Shown here: positions 12,930 to 27,013 of the stretch, piece after piece
How positions within the stretch are numbered: position 1 is the first letter of the stretch
Layout: every line of letters starts with the position of its first letter
Assembly: GCF_006345805.1 (NCBI RefSeq)
Contig: NC_043025.1
Coordinates: forward strand, 496,001-560,000
Direction of reading: 5' to 3'
Length of the DNA: 64,000 nt
From: Octopus sinensis
Lineage: Eukaryota
Translations under genes and position numbers: made by a program
The notes under the pieces: generated by a model
Told to the model about the DNA's origin: nothing
Database searches by the model: none
Seen by the model: the letters and a program-made list of their open reading frames with translations, nothing else

Positions 12930-13250
12930 GGCATCTAAGATTATGAACTCTTTGGATTTACTGATTACCTTGATGTCAGTGAGATTGCCATTGTCAAACA
13001 AGAGATTTGTTACCTTAGTAAGTGTCTACCCTCCAACCATGTGTTCCTCTGAAGAGAAAAAAGGACTAATATTTATCTTTCATGAAAAAAGCTTCTGTGC
13101 AGTATTCTTTCTGCTTATAAAATCTTCATACTTGGTGATTTCAGAGATAAAAAAATTGGGATATAATTGGGAAACATGAAGCCAGAAAATGCAATAGTAA
13201 TGGCTTGTTTAGTACTGCAAATGTGTTCGATTTTGCATATACTGGGTAAC
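12930..13250 (+). mobile_element. Old RTE endonuclease fragment (duplicated at ~43220-43540)
   Basis: LMSVRLPLSNKRFVTLVSVYPPTMCSSEE matches the RTE-BovB APE motif LMxLRLPL...xSxYAPT. Confidence 0.75.
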
Positions 13251-13699
13251 TGTCAATCTCCTAGTGTGGAGCATGCTGTATTTGAGCACCAAATGTGTGG
13301 GTGTATTTATGTGATCAAGATGAAAGGCAATTAGGTCTCTCATTAATTTCTGTTTGGTGAGTTGGCCCTGAGGAAAAATCTAGGCAACAAATGAAATTAA
13401 GGCATGAATGCATTAGAGACACTTAGAGGATCTAGATCAAATTAGAGACAGTGAAAACATCACAAGTTTTTGATGGAAAAAATTGTTTCATGTTGGAATG
13501 AGTGAATTTGAATGAATGTCAATAAAATCTTAGTGTGCATGAAAAGCTTGAGAGAGATTTTTGAAAAGGTCTTAATTTAATGTTTCCATTGTGTTTGCTT
13601 CAAAACTACATAGACATGACAGAATTAAATAGACATCCTTATAATTGTTAAAATTTATTTAAATTATTTATTAATTATTATAATGTGAATATCTAATAT

Positions 13700-14700
13700 T
13701 TAGTAGACAGGCTCCTTGCATTTTTGAATGCAAGGACCCTAGCAGGCATGCTACTGATCTGATGAATATTCTCTTCATGATTTTCTTGCCAAGTTTCTTG
13801 CAGTAATATCAAAAATCTGGCTTTAAGGATGCTTTCTTTTTCTTTTTAGGAAGTATCCCATCCATCATGCCTCAGATGTGTTCAGTAGGGTTCATATCTG
13901 GTGATTGGCTTAGCTATGGAAGCTTTTTAATGCCATTCTCTTCCAACCAATCCTGGGTCTTTTAGTTGTGCAAGAAAGCCCTATCTTCCATAAATAGTGT
14001 TATTTAATCATTTTACTCCTGGAGGTTATAGGAAGAAGATTTTTCTATAATATGGACACATATTTATCTGAGTTTATGTATCCCTCACATTCCACCATTT
14101 CTGATTGACTATTGCTCCAAACTGCTCTCTAGACCATCACATGTTTCATTGTTGGCTGCAATATATTCACGTGAAAATATTGGTGACTGATTCTCCAGAC
14201 CCACATTCGACCAGTGTCAGAAAATACAGCAAATCTGGATTCATCAGAGAATTTGACTGTGTCCCAAAGTGCTAGTGACCTCTCTACCATCTCACTTGTC
14301 CAATCTTTTCTCCATTTGATATTGGCTGGTCGAAGCAGTGTCTTCTTTCTTGCTGCTCTGCCATAATAGCCAATTTTGCGGAGATAACTGACAGCTATTC
14401 TGGGACTGACATCAACTTATTCTGCTATATTGGAGGCCTTGCAATGAGGATTATCTTACACACTTCTCTTAAGAAAGCAAAGTGTTCTGTCAGAGGGCCT
14501 TAGTCTACCTGGGTAAGGTGATATGGACTACTTTCCCGTTTAGTGAATTGAAAAATTACTCTATTTACTGTAGAAAGTAGAATCACAATGTTTTCTGTGG
14601 TTTTAGGCTAAGTCAGCCTTGAAATAGGCGCAGCATATGGCCTCTTTGTAAATTGGACATTTTTAAGGCTTCTTTTGTACATGGCATGATTAAACAGTTA
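13700..14700 (-). mobile_element. Tc1-family transposase fossil
   Basis: KFSDESKF...VW...MVW...INSDKYVSIL, then WLEENGIKKLP.LSQSPDMNPTEH. These are the DD34E-type motifs. Many stops. Confidence 0.85.
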
Positions 14701-15540
14701 CATATAGAACCTGAAACATATAAATGTCAATTAATAAAAAAAATAAAACCTCTTCAAGTTATAATAACAATGTGTTAATGGGTATTTTTACTTTTTTTTT
14801 GTCATGTTTGTGTACAAATGTATCATTTGTTAGAACTGCACTTTGAAAGAAAAAAGAAACCTTTAGTAGAAAATTATCATTAGCTACGACAATGTTACCC
14901 AACTATTAAATCTTATATTTTTCAAACTCATGCTAGGATGGAAAAATGAACGTAGATATGAGACTTATTTTTACACATGTATTGATGCATATAAAACATG
15001 AAATTATGTTGTCTACATACTTAAATACTTGCAATTAATTCATTGTAAGAACATAGAATTTTGACAGGTTTTCTTGAGTTGTTGCTCATCTACAATAATC
15101 TGATAAGTTTGAGGTTATTGTTGGTTGCATAAGATTGTCATTGAATTTTCTCTCTCCAGAAATATCTAATCATTATCCATACTAGCATGGGTTGTGTGTG
15201 TCATGTTGATATCTGTTTCAGTTTAATTCCCTCTGCAATAGTTTCTTTTTTTGTGTTTATGCAATATGGTACTCTCATAAATACAGTTGTCTCTTGCCTT
15301 ACACAGTATTCTGTTTCTTAGTTCACTTTTGCACAATTTTGCTCATTTTCCTCTATTTGTTTCTTTTTGTTTTTACAATATAGAAGTAGTACTTGCTTCA
15401 GTTTCTCATTATATTTTGTTAAATATTTTTGAATTTGAAATATTAAAATTGATTTCACTGGAAATGAAAATTCAATGTATAAAATTAACTTTAAACTAGA
15501 TGTTCAGCATCAAATGCAAAAGTTTTACAAAAGAATTGTC

Positions 15541-16265
15541 CTCATCATCATCATCATCATTTAATGTCCATTTTCTATGCTGGCTTGGGTTGGACAGTTT
15601 CATCAGGGCTGTAAGCTGAGGTCTGCAGCAGACTCCAGTCTTGATTTGTCATTGTTTCTATGGCTGGATGCCCTTCTTAACATCAAGCACTCCATGAGTG
15701 TTGTGGGCAGGGGTTGTGAAAAATTAATTGATGGAAATTAATTACAATATATTGTCTTCTAAGGCACGGCATGTCATGAAAGGTGTCAGTCATTAGTCAT
15801 TGCCTTTATAAGTTCCAACAGTCAAAGATCATGCATTACCACCTTGTCCAATGCCTTCTTATGTCTACTTCTTCTGCCATGTAGCATAGTTGTCTGCACA
15901 GGTATAATAAATCTGGCTTTCACTCTGAAGGAGAGACCCTTAGTTACTAAACAGAGGAAGGAGCTCTCTGAATTTGCTCAGCCTATTTTTATTCTTGCAG
16001 CCTCACTCTTGGTTCATCCCACCTCTGCTACTACTGACTTTGTTGCTCAACAATCTTTATCGTACTCCTCTGGTATTTGATGAAGCCCATTTTCTGTACA
16101 CTTTTAGTGTTTACTGTACATGTGCACCTTCCACATGCAAAAAATATTTTCCCAGTTTACCTTCCTCTGATATTGCTACACCTATTATGTGTTATACAGA
16201 GTACATCTACCTACCTGTTTCCTTCATATTGAGGATGGCCATGTACCTGAAGGGCTTTACGATTT
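15541..16265 (-). mobile_element. Old RTE LINE 3' portion with (GAT)n tail (duplicated at 45849-46570)
   Basis: Starts with (CAT)n and continues TTTCTATGGCTGGATGCCCTTCTTAAC and CTTTCACTCTGAAGGAGAGACCC, matching the RTE at 3263-4846. Confidence 0.8.
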
Positions 16266-16448
16266 ATCTGTTTTCCTACTTACTAAGACTTTGTGTTAGG
16301 GTTGGGTAGGTTAATTCTGTGACCTTTCAATTCTAGACCTTGCTTCCGTACGCACAATTTGTTCTCTAGTTCTGGTAGTGATTTAGCTATAAGAAGAAGC
16401 TCATTAGTAAATAAGTGTGAAAACTCTTTGCTTTCACAAACACTTTAT

Positions 16449-18344
16449 GTACACTGATTGAAGCAATGAAAAAGAAGGTCCTCGGTATACCTGAAACGTG
16501 AAGGAAAATATTTGAATAATGAAACGAATAATGTATGGCTAATTGAATGTAATGTAATAAATGATAATATATGAGTGTTCAGTTGTCATCCTCTATGCCC
16601 TCCCCAATTCCTTTGAGAGAAGCAAAGAAGACTAATAATATGTATTAAATGATTAACGAAAATAATAATTAGTGCAAGAGACCCTTAATCAATATTGACG
16701 GTGTGACGATCAAGGAGCAACGTGTCAGTTGTGCATCAGCTTTTGTGTCAGTCTTTGCGAGTCTGGCAGAGCGACAAACAGGACAATTGCTGGATGGAGG
16801 ATAAACTGCATCAGGCAAGGGTCACTTTTGGAAAGCAGGGGTTTCAAGGGGTGTTGGGGTATGACCACTTGTGGTAAAGGTGGGGTAAGTTGGCGTGGCT
16901 CTGTGGGTAGGCGGTGAGATGCATTTTCTGGTCATGGTAATTTTGGAGTTGGGAAGTGGGCATTGGTGTTGCAGCTGCATGAGGTGCTGTTAAAGTCGGT
17001 TGAGAAGGTAGTCTCATCACTGGTGTTGGCGTAGGGAACGCATGTGGTCCAGACACCATGAGCAGTGGGCCATGGGGAAGAAGCAGTAGATACTTCCAGA
17101 GAATTTTGTTGCACAGTGTGACTTGGCCTGATCCATCCACTCTCAACATGTACAGATCGAAATGACGTACATCTAAATGGCACCAGTTTTCCCCCATTTG
17201 TAGGATTGGGTCAAACTTGGCTCTGGATTAGGACATAGTTCGAAAGAAGTGAGCATGTGTGTTTTGACAACCGTTCAGTAGCACTCATGTTTGTTTACGC
17301 AGGTCTTCTTTTCAATAAGTCATAGTTTCATGCCATGTGGAATGTAGCTTGTACTTGCCGGGATGGATGGGAATAAAGTATTGTATAGGGCTGCCAAAGA
17401 TGCACATGGCTGGGGACAAGTGTGTGTCCCAGTCAGGTGTATTTCTTTATTGTAGCATTGTGCACTGGAAACTGTCAGTGCTAAGGAAGCCATTGGTGTC
17501 AGTGTTGTCTGTAACGAGGCCCTTTATTGTCTCAATACCGACTTTGGCGCGGCAGTTGTCATGGGGAAATGCAATGGCGGTGATTCTCCCCAATTGTGGA
17601 AGAAGGTACAATGTCAGCTCATAGCTGATAGGGCAGTGTTAAGTGCCTGTGCGCCATTTGATGCTCCTTTAAGATGGTTTTCCAGACCTGTTAGGACATA
17701 CCACCATTGTCTGTCACCAATTGACAGATGTACCAATGGGAATAGGCTTGATAACTTCAAGTGGAACATTCCGGTCGAGACCTGCTTTTACTTCCTCTTG
17801 CCAATGAACCAGGACTGGTATGGGCGTATGGTGGGCGACTGGTTTAGCATTAAGCGGATCGGTTGGTCAGACATCTTGGAGAATTGCCGATGGTTGCAGA
17901 CGTTGAATGTGCTGGAGCTGTAGTATTGTAGCAGCTACTTCCTCAGGCGACAACGTTTTTCCTCAGTGGCTGGGAATGGTAGTGTAGTTGGAGGAGGGGG
18001 GTATTTGTTGTAGGTGGCAGGTGCATACATTCTGTGTCATTGTTGCAGATGATCGATGAGGCTTGTCAGTACTCTCTCCCATGGATTGTTTACAGGCCAA
18101 CTCATGGCACAATCAGTGCAGGACAGGTACGTTGGTCATACTGACTCGCTTTTTGTCATAAATAAGTCTGACAACTGTTTGCTTTCACCAATATTTTACG
18201 CAGTCTGAAGCAATGAGTAAAGGGTCTTCAGTATACCTGAAATGTGAAGGGAAAGATGATGGATAATAAAATGAATAATATATGGCGAATTGAATGTAAT
18301 GTAATAAATTGTAATATATGTGTGTTTAGTTGTAATCCTGTAAT
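16449..18344 (-). mobile_element. Ty3/Gypsy LTR retrotransposon, internally deleted, with both ~145-bp LTRs
   Basis: Minus-strand RT start PVAHHTPIPVLVHWQEEVKAGLDRNVPLEVIKPIP is joined to integrase [19 protein letters not shown]...LQ*RNTPD...LSPAMCIFG. Diverged direct repeats lie at ~16449-16594 and ~18196-18344. A purine tract GGGGAGGG precedes the 3' LTR and TGGTG (PBS-like) follows the 5' LTR. Confidence 0.8.
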
Positions 18345-18449
18345 CAGCATAGAGGAGTTGCTAGGGTCTGCCTGTATTATATTTATCTGTTATTACCTGA
18401 ATGATTATGATACCAACAAAAGTCAAGTACATAGGTTTATACTTGGTTA

Positions 18450-18620
18450 GGTACTTCTCCTGGGGTTTCTTACCAGAAATATATCATGACTGGTGTTTCT
18501 TCCTGATACAAAACCAAATTGCATCTCATCTAGATTAAGTCTTTTCCTAATAAGTTGGGCTATGATCCTCTCCGTGATTTTCATCATCTGAAGAATTAGT
18601 GCCAGTGCAAGCACTTTATT
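18450..18620 (-). mobile_element. RTE RT fragment
   Basis: MKITERIIAQLIRKRLNLDEMQFGFVSG. Confidence 0.8.
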
Positions 18621-19169
18621 TTTAAAGCACACATCAGGCATATGTTAACATATTAGCAATGAGAAAGCGCTCTAATCGATGTCTACCTATATACATACAT
18701 ATATGCAGGGTAGCCATGTACTTTCTCTACAGCGACACACCTCTGCCTGTCTCTCTATCATACTACAGGTTAGGATGAAGCCACCTCTCTCACTACTAGC
18801 AGTCCACTCATCCTTGAAATTTACTTTTTAATTTTACTAGTGTCAGTGTTACCAAAACTTTTCTCAGACATAGAAACCATGTGAAAACAGACATTAGATG
18901 TACGTGTAGTAATTCATCTCAGATAGTGTGAAATAGTCCAACCCATGACAACATGAAAAACGAATGTTAAATGATGATGACACACATACACGTTAATTGT
19001 ATTTCTTATATTAATTTCAATAATTAATTTGTTTCTATTTATAAATAAAAACAATTGATTTCGCATCAGAATGATTAGTTTGATGACTTGTGGAAGCAAT
19101 GTACTGTGTAAATGTAAGGACAACTGTATTTATTAAACAAGTGTATATCATGATTCGACGACAGATAAA

Positions 19170-19910
19170 ACTTGACTTTCAAATGTTGGTTGATATTTTG
19201 CTTGTTGTTTGCATATCATGCCTTGTATTATAGATCCCAAATGGCCAAAGGTAAGTGGTCTTTCTTATTTTGGTGTGGGTTTACTGTTAGGATTGGTTTT
19301 CAGAGTTTAGTCTATATTAGGGTCAGCTTGAGGATTTGTGAAGGTTTTTTAGAGAGAATAGTCAAGTAAGAGATCAAAGTTTGAACTAGAGGTTGGGATT
19401 TGGGGTGATGAGGAGAGTAGAGATGAACAGGTTTATTTATAGTGTTGATGACTGTTTTATATCGGGTTTAGCATTGAAAAGCAGGGATGGGGGCTGGGTG
19501 CTTGGATAAGATGCGGATGTCAGGTTGATCCAAGTTATCTCCATGGTGGTCTTTGGCATGTTGGTAGAGTATAGAAGACTGTTTTCTGTCGTCAAGTTGT
19601 CTTAAATGTTCATTTATCCGTTCCGCAATGCTCTTAGACGTCTCTTCTATGTACATCATGTTCATGTCCTTACAAGCACCTTCTATGCATCTTATATTGT
19701 AAACTACATTTCGAGTTCTACAGTTAATACCAGGGCTAATTCTACATGCCATGCAGTTATCATTGTGCATATGGTATTCTTAAACGGGCATGTCCTTCAT
19801 AATTGTGACCTGACGGAGTTCCTTGGCTTTTCAACAATTTTAATGTTGAGTTTGGTCTCTTTCAGAGCTTTTCTAAATCTACGGGCTATCTCCATGGGCT
19901 CTGGCCTCTA
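19170..19910 (-). mobile_element. Penelope-like element 3' part (RT-EN linker plus GIY-YIG endonuclease)
   Basis: RFRKALKETKLNIKIVEK...CMAC...CRTRNVVYNIRC...YIEETSKSIAERINEH is the Cys-rich linker followed by the GIY-YIG signature. Confidence 0.85.
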
Positions 19911-20029
19911 CTAATATCACTCCTTGAATTTTTACTGGTGAATGTGTATTTAATAATAAGGCACTAAAAGAGAAAGACTATCCCCAGACACAACAGAATA
20001 TACACTGTTTTCGCTAATTACTCTTTCAC

Positions 20030-20435
20030 TCACTTTTGCTACTTTCAGTTATTTGACTGCGGCCATGTTGGAGCACCGCCTTCAGTCAAAGAAATAGAGC
20101 CCAGGACCTATTCTCTTTTGCCGAACCGTTCAGTTACGGGTGCGTGAAAACAGCAGCATCGTTTGTCAAGCACTGTTCGATGGATAAAGAGGCATACAAA
20201 CGTATATGTTATATATATATATATATGTATGTATGTATATATGTATATATATATATGTATACACACACGATGGGCTTCATTTAGTTTCCGTCTACGAAAT
20301 CTATTCACAAGGCTTTGGTCACCCCGAGGCTAGAGTTGAAGACACTTGTCCAAGGTTCCACGCAGTGGGACTGAACCCAGAACACAGTGGTTCGTAAGCA
20401 AGCTACTTATCACAAAGCCGCTCCTACGCCTAGCA
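20030..20435 (-). mobile_element. SINE family A, decayed near-full copy
   Basis: TTTCAGTTATTTGACTGCGGCCATG...GGGACTGAACCC...AAGCTACTTA on the plus strand. Confidence 0.8.
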
Positions 20436-20482
<47 letters not shown>

Positions 20483-20483
20483 A

Positions 20484-20579
20484 TCTATTTATAAAACTGA
20501 AATGCGAAAAGTTTGTTTGTTTGTTTGTCTGGGAACGGTTTAAAGACCACTACATCCCGTCGGATTGACTCCAAATTTA
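20484..20579 (+). mobile_element. Helitron-like 5' end (second family)
   Basis: A|TCTATTTATAAAACTGAAATGCGAAAA(GTTT)4...CCAAATTT: 5' TC plus a near-terminal microsatellite, as in Lep1-type Helitrons. No 3' end was found. Confidence 0.55.
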
Positions 20580-21329
20580 CGGTTCGTGATCAATCATTCT
20601 CACAGAAATGCGTGCACAAACAGACACAGAATGTCATGGTTTAAAGGTCAACATGTTTAAAACATAAATAGCTACGAGTTTGCGTATATGCATGTATCTA
20701 TGTGCATGAGTGCGGACGTGTTTTTCAGAATGTCTCAGTTTTAAAGTCAACATATTTAAAACATAAATAGGTACGAGATTGCGTCTTTGCATGTATCTAT
20801 ATTCGTGGGTGTGGACGTGTGAGTGTTTGTGCGTGTGTGAGCACAGTCCACCTATACCCAAGCTGGTTGCATCGTCTCATAAGAAACAGCCGTGAAAGTT
20901 CCGGACCACATTAATGAACGCATTTGCATACAAACAATTAGGGCTCGACTTGAACTTGTCCGGTTAACAACAGTAGTGTCTGAATGGGAATTAGCTGCTT
21001 ACCTAACAAATGTTTCCGAGTTCAGTCCCACTGGGTGGCATGTTGGGCAAATGTCTTCTACTATAGTCTCGGGACGACCAAAGCCTTGTGAGTGGATTTG
21101 GGAGACGGAACTAAAAAAAGACTGTCGTATGTATATATATATATATATATTATATATATGTAGCAGTAAGAGTGGCTATGTAGCTTGCTTTCCAACACGG
21201 TGTTTCTGGTTCAGTCCAACTGCGTGGCCCCATGGGCAAGTGTCTTCCAATATAGCCTCAGACAGACCAACGTTTCTGAGTAGATTTTGTACACCGAAAC
21301 AGAAAGTAGCCCGTGGTATATAGATAGGT

Positions 21330-21362
<33 letters not shown>

Positions 21363-21444
21363 TATATATATATACCGGAGTAAACACATAAATGTGAAAC
21401 AAGGTGGAAAAAAGAGTACTGAATTTTCTGCTGCTTAAAATAAA

Positions 21445-21494
<50 letters not shown>

Positions 21495-24437
21495 ATTATA
21501 GAGAGAGAGAGAGAGACATAGGTATATATTGATAGATATATGTATATACATATAGATATTTAAACATATATGGGATGGCCATAATGGGACATCCGACTCA
21601 CTAGAGAGAGCAGTTATCTTGCTCATTATAATTTATTAAAAGTAATATAATTATATGTAAGGAAAGTAACTCTGGAAGATGTTATCTAGTTATCTCCCTT
21701 CCGAGAGTTAATTTCCCTTCATATTTTTTTATTGTTAATTTATAATATTCAAGAGAAGTAACTGTAGAAGATACTTTGTAGTTATCTCCCTTAAGTATGT
21801 AGTTATCGTAATATACACTTTGTCGCTCTTAGACTATTTCAGTTATTTCACTGTGACCATGGTGGAGCACCGCCTTTAGTGAAGCAAATCAACCCCAGGA
21901 ATTATTCTTTGTATGCCTATTACTTAATGCATAGGTCTCTTTTGCAGAACCGATAAGTTACGGGGACGTAATGTTCGATATACTGATTTAGTAGGTATTT
22001 ATTTATTGTAAGAATTTCAATTATCATAAATTATGGGCTAGGAAAAATACTAGAAACTTTTTTGATATACCTATTGGGGCTCCTTGTGTGTGTGGGACTG
22101 TTTTTATTTATGTGAGTGTGGGTATTTTAATTTCAGTGTTTGTGTGTGAGAGTGTTTTTATTTCTGCATGCGCGAGTGTGTGAGCGACTGAGTGTTTCTT
22201 TGTTTTGTGTGTGTGCGACACTTACAACTACAACAAACACTTTGACCATTTGTAGATACCCACATTTGAGATCACTAAATACTAAATCAAAATAAGTTTA
22301 ATTTATTGCACATTTATATATATACACGCACACACACACACACACACATGTATGTGTTTGTGTATTTATATGTCGTATATTGCGTCGTATATATATATAT
22401 GAATATACCAACACACGTATATGTAGTATCTAAAAAAAAAAAGAAACTGTAAGGGATGGAATGGGAGTTATTTCCGTTTTATTAAGAAAACTTGCATCTG
22501 TATGTGTGATAGTACGTGCGTGCGTGCATTCTCGTGTGCCCTTCGAGTGCAAACCACACACACACACACACACACACATTTAAATATATGTACGACGAGA
22601 TTCTGTCAGTTTTGTTCCACTAAATCCCATCACAAGGATTAGCTAGGCCCTGGGCTACAATAGTAGACAATTGCAAGAAGATGACAGGCAGTCGGAATGA
22701 ACCCGAAACCATGTGGTTCGTAAGCAAACTACTTACAACATAGCCATTCATACGTCGATATTCATGTATACGACGGCTATTTCAGTTTCCCTCTACAAAC
22801 TCCACTCAGAAAACATTGGTCGGCCCTAGGCTATAGTCGAATACACTTGCTAAAGGTGCAACGCTGTTGGTTTGAACTCAGCACATTGCGGTTCGTGAGC
22901 AATCATTCTCGCTGAAATGCGCGCACAAACAGACACAGAATGTCACGGTTTAAGGTCAACATGTTTAAAACATAAATAGCTACGAGTTTGCGTATATGGA
23001 TGTATCTTTGTGCCTGGGTGCGGACGTGTGTTTCCAGAATGTCTCAGTTTTAAGGTCAACATATTTAAAACATAAATAGGTACGAGATTGCGTCTTTGCA
23101 TGTATCTATATTCGTGGGTGGACGTGTGAGAGTTTTTGTGCGTGTGTGAGCACAGTCCACCTATACCCAAGCTGGTTGCATTGTCTCCATAAGAACCAGC
23201 CATGAAAGTTCCGGACCACATTATGAACTCATTTGCATACAAACAATTAGGGTCTCCCTTGACTTGTCCGGTTAACAACATAGTGTCTGAATGGGAATTA
23301 GCTTGCTTACCTAACAATGTTTTCCGTGTTCAGTCCACTGGGTGGCATGTTGGGCAAATGTCTTCTACTATAGTCTCGGGACGATCAAAGCCTTGTGAGT
23401 GGATTTGGGAGACGGAAACTAAAAGAAGACTGTCGTATGTATATATATATATATATTATATATGTAGCAGAAGAGTGGCTGTAGCTTCTTGCTTTCCAAA
23501 CACGGTGTTTCTGGTTCTGTCCAACTATGTGGCCCCATGGGCAAGTGTCTTCCAATATAGCCTCGGACAGACCAACGTTTCTGAGTAGATTTGGTACACC
23601 CGAACAGAAAGTAGCCCGTGGTATATAGATAGGTGTGTGTATATATATATATATATATATAATGTATCTGTATATATATATATATTGCCATGTCTGAATA
23701 ATATATTCGAAAGTTACTTCCTCTTGCTCATTATAATTTATTAAAAGTAATATAATTGTATGTAAGGAAAGTAACTCTGGAAGATGTTATGTAGTTATCT
23801 CCCTTCCGCGAGTTAATCTCCCTTCATATTTTTTATTGTTAAATTATATATTCAAGGGAAGTAACTGTAGAAGATACTTTGTAATTATCTCCCTTAGACT
23901 GTTTCAGTTATTTCACTGTGACCATTGTGGAGCACTGCCTTTAGTGAAGCAAATCAACCCCAGGATTATTCTTTGTATGCCTATTACTTATGTATAGGTC
24001 TCTTTTGCAGAACCGATAAGTTACGGGGACGTAATGTTCGATATACTGATTTAGTAGGTATTTATTCATTGTAAGAATTTCAATTATCATAAATTATGGG
24101 CTAGGAAAAATACTAGAAACTTTTTGATATACCTATTGGGGCTCCCTGTGTGTGTGGGACTGTTTTTATTTATATGAGTGTGGGTATTTTCATTTCAGTG
24201 TTTGTGTGTGAGAGTTTTTTATATTTCTGCGTGCGCGAGTGTGAGCGACTGAGTGTTTCTATTGTTTGTGTGTGTGCGACACTTACAACTACAACAAACA
24301 CTTTGACCATTTGTAAGATACCTACATTTGAGATCACTAAATACTAAATCAATTATTGCACATTTATATATATACACGCACACACACACACACACATATG
24401 TATGTGTTTGTGTATTTATATGTCGTATATTGCGTCG

Positions 24438-24472
<35 letters not shown>

Positions 24473-25524
24473 TTATATATATACACATACAGATATATGT
24501 GAATATACCAACACACGTATATGTAGTATCTAAAACAAAAAAGAAACTGTAAGGGATGGAATGGGAGTTCTTTCCGTTTTATTAAGAAAACTTGCATCTG
24601 TATGTGTGATAGTACGTGCGTCCGTGCATTCTCGTGTGCCCTTCGAGTGCAAACAAACACAACACACACACACACACACATTTAAACATATGTACGACGA
24701 GATTCTGTCAGTTTTTCTTCCACTAAATCCCATCACAAGGATTAGCTAGGCCCTGGGCATTGCAGAGAGGACGGCAGTGGGAATGAACCCGAACCATGTG
24801 GTTCGTAAGCAAACTACTTAGAACATAGCCATTCACACGTCGATATTCATGTATACGACGGCTTCTTTCAGTTTCCCTCTACAAACTCCACTCAGAATAC
24901 ATTGGTCGGCCCTAGGCTATAGTCGAATACACTTGCCGAAGGTGCAACGCTGTTGGTTTGAACTCAGCACATTGCGGTTCGTGAGCAATCATTCTCACAG
25001 AAATGCGCGCACAACAGACACAGAATGTCACGGTTTAAAGGTCACACATGTTTAAAACATAAATAGCTACGAGTTTGCGTATATGCATTCTATGTTGCAT
25101 GAGTGCGGACGTCTGTTTCCAGAATGTCTCAGTTTTAAGGTCAACATATTTAAAACATAAATAGGTACGAGATTGCGTCTTTGCATGTATCTATATTCGT
25201 GGGTGTGGACGTGTGAGTGTTTGTGCGTGTGTGAGCACAGTCCACCTATACCCAAGCTGGTTGCATTGTCTCATAAGAACCAGCCGTGAAAGTTCCGGAT
25301 CACATTAATGAACTCATTTGCATACAAACAATTAGGTCTCGCCTTGACTTGTCCGGTTAACAAACAGTAGTGTGAATGGGAATTAGCTTGCTTACCTAAC
25401 AAATGTTTTCGAGTTCAGTCCCACTGGGTGGCATGTTGGGCAAATGTCTTCTACTATAGTCTCTGGCCGACCAAAGCCTTGTGAGTGGATTTGGGAGACG
25501 GAAACTAAAGAAGAATGTCGTATG

Positions 25525-25584
<60 letters not shown>

Positions 25585-26144
25585 ATGTAGCATTAAAAGT
25601 GGCTACGTAGGTTGCTTTGCAAACACGGTGTTTCTGGTTCTGTCCAACTACGTGGCCCCATGGGCAAGTGTCTTCCAATATAGCCTCGGACAGACCAACA
25701 ATTAGGTCTCGCCTTGAACTTGTCCGGTTAACAAACAGTAGTGTCTGAATGATAATTAGCTTGCTTACCTAACAAATGTTTTCGAGTTCAGTCCCACTGG
25801 GTGGCATGTTGGGCAAATGTCTTCTACTATAGTCTCGGGCCGACCAAAGCCTTGTGAGTGGATTTGGGAGACGGAAACTAAAAGAAGACTGTCGTATGTA
25901 TATATATGTATATATATAATATATATATTTATATATATATATAATGTAGCAGTAAGAGTGGCTACTTAGCTTGCTTTCCAAACACGGTGTTTCTGGTTCA
26001 GTCCAACTACGTGGCCCCATGGGCAAGTGTCTTCCAATATAGCCACGGACAGACCAACGTTTCTGAGTAGATTTGGTACACCGAAACAGAAAGTAGCCCG
26101 TTGTATATAGATAGGTGTGTGTGTGTGTGTGTGTATGTATGTAT

Positions 26145-26189
<45 letters not shown>

Positions 26190-27013
26190 GATAGAGAGAG
26201 AGAGAGAGAGACATAGGTATATATTGACAGATATATGTATATACGTATAGATATTAAACATATATGGGATGGCCGTATGGGACATCCGACTCACTAGAGA
26301 GAGCATTAAACTCCAAAAAATCGTAAAATCTATGTCATGTCTGAATAATATATTCGAAAGTTACTTCCTCTTGCTCATTATAATTTATTAAAAGTAATAT
26401 ATATGTAAGGAAAGTAACTCTGGAAGATGTTATCTAGTTATCTCCCTTCCGAGAGTTAATATCCTAAAATATTTTATTATTGTTGAAATATAATATTCAA
26501 GGGAAGTAACTGTAGAAGATACTCTGTAGTTATCTCCCTTAGACTGTTTCAGTTATTTCACTGTGACCATTGTGGAGCACCGCCTTTAGTGAAGCAAATC
26601 AACCCCAGCAATTATTCTTTGTATGCCTATTACTTAACGTATAGGTCTTTTTGCAGAACCGATAAGTTACGGGGACGTAATGTTCGATGTACTGATTTAG
26701 TAGGTATTTATTTATTGTAAGAACTTCAATTATTATAAATTATGGGCTAGGAAAAATACTAGAAACTTTTTTGATATACCTATTGGGGCTCCTTGTGTGT
26801 GTGGGACTGTTTTTATTTATATGAGTGTGGGTATTTTTCATTCAGTGTTTGTGTGTGAGAGTGTTTTTTTATTCTGTGTGTGAGGCGACTGAGTGTTCTA
26901 TTTGTTTGTGTGTGTGCGACACTTACAAATGCAACAAGCACTTTGACCATTTGTAAGATACCCACATTTGAGATCACTAACTACTAAATCAAAATAAGTT
27001 CAATTTATTGCAC
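20580..27013. repeat. Tandem triplication of a ~2.1-2.3 kb unit
   Basis: The unit marker CAATCATTCTC...AGAATGTCA.GGTTT recurs at ~20591, ~22901 and ~24987. Unit 3 also has a ~370-bp internal duplication (25328 and 25698). Confidence 0.92.

Larger units (their letters stand above)
9584..16890 (+). repeat. Segmental duplication, copy 1
   Basis: Collinear with 40215-47170, from CATTATCAAACTCACTACAAGG to the Gypsy internal region. Confidence 0.95.
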
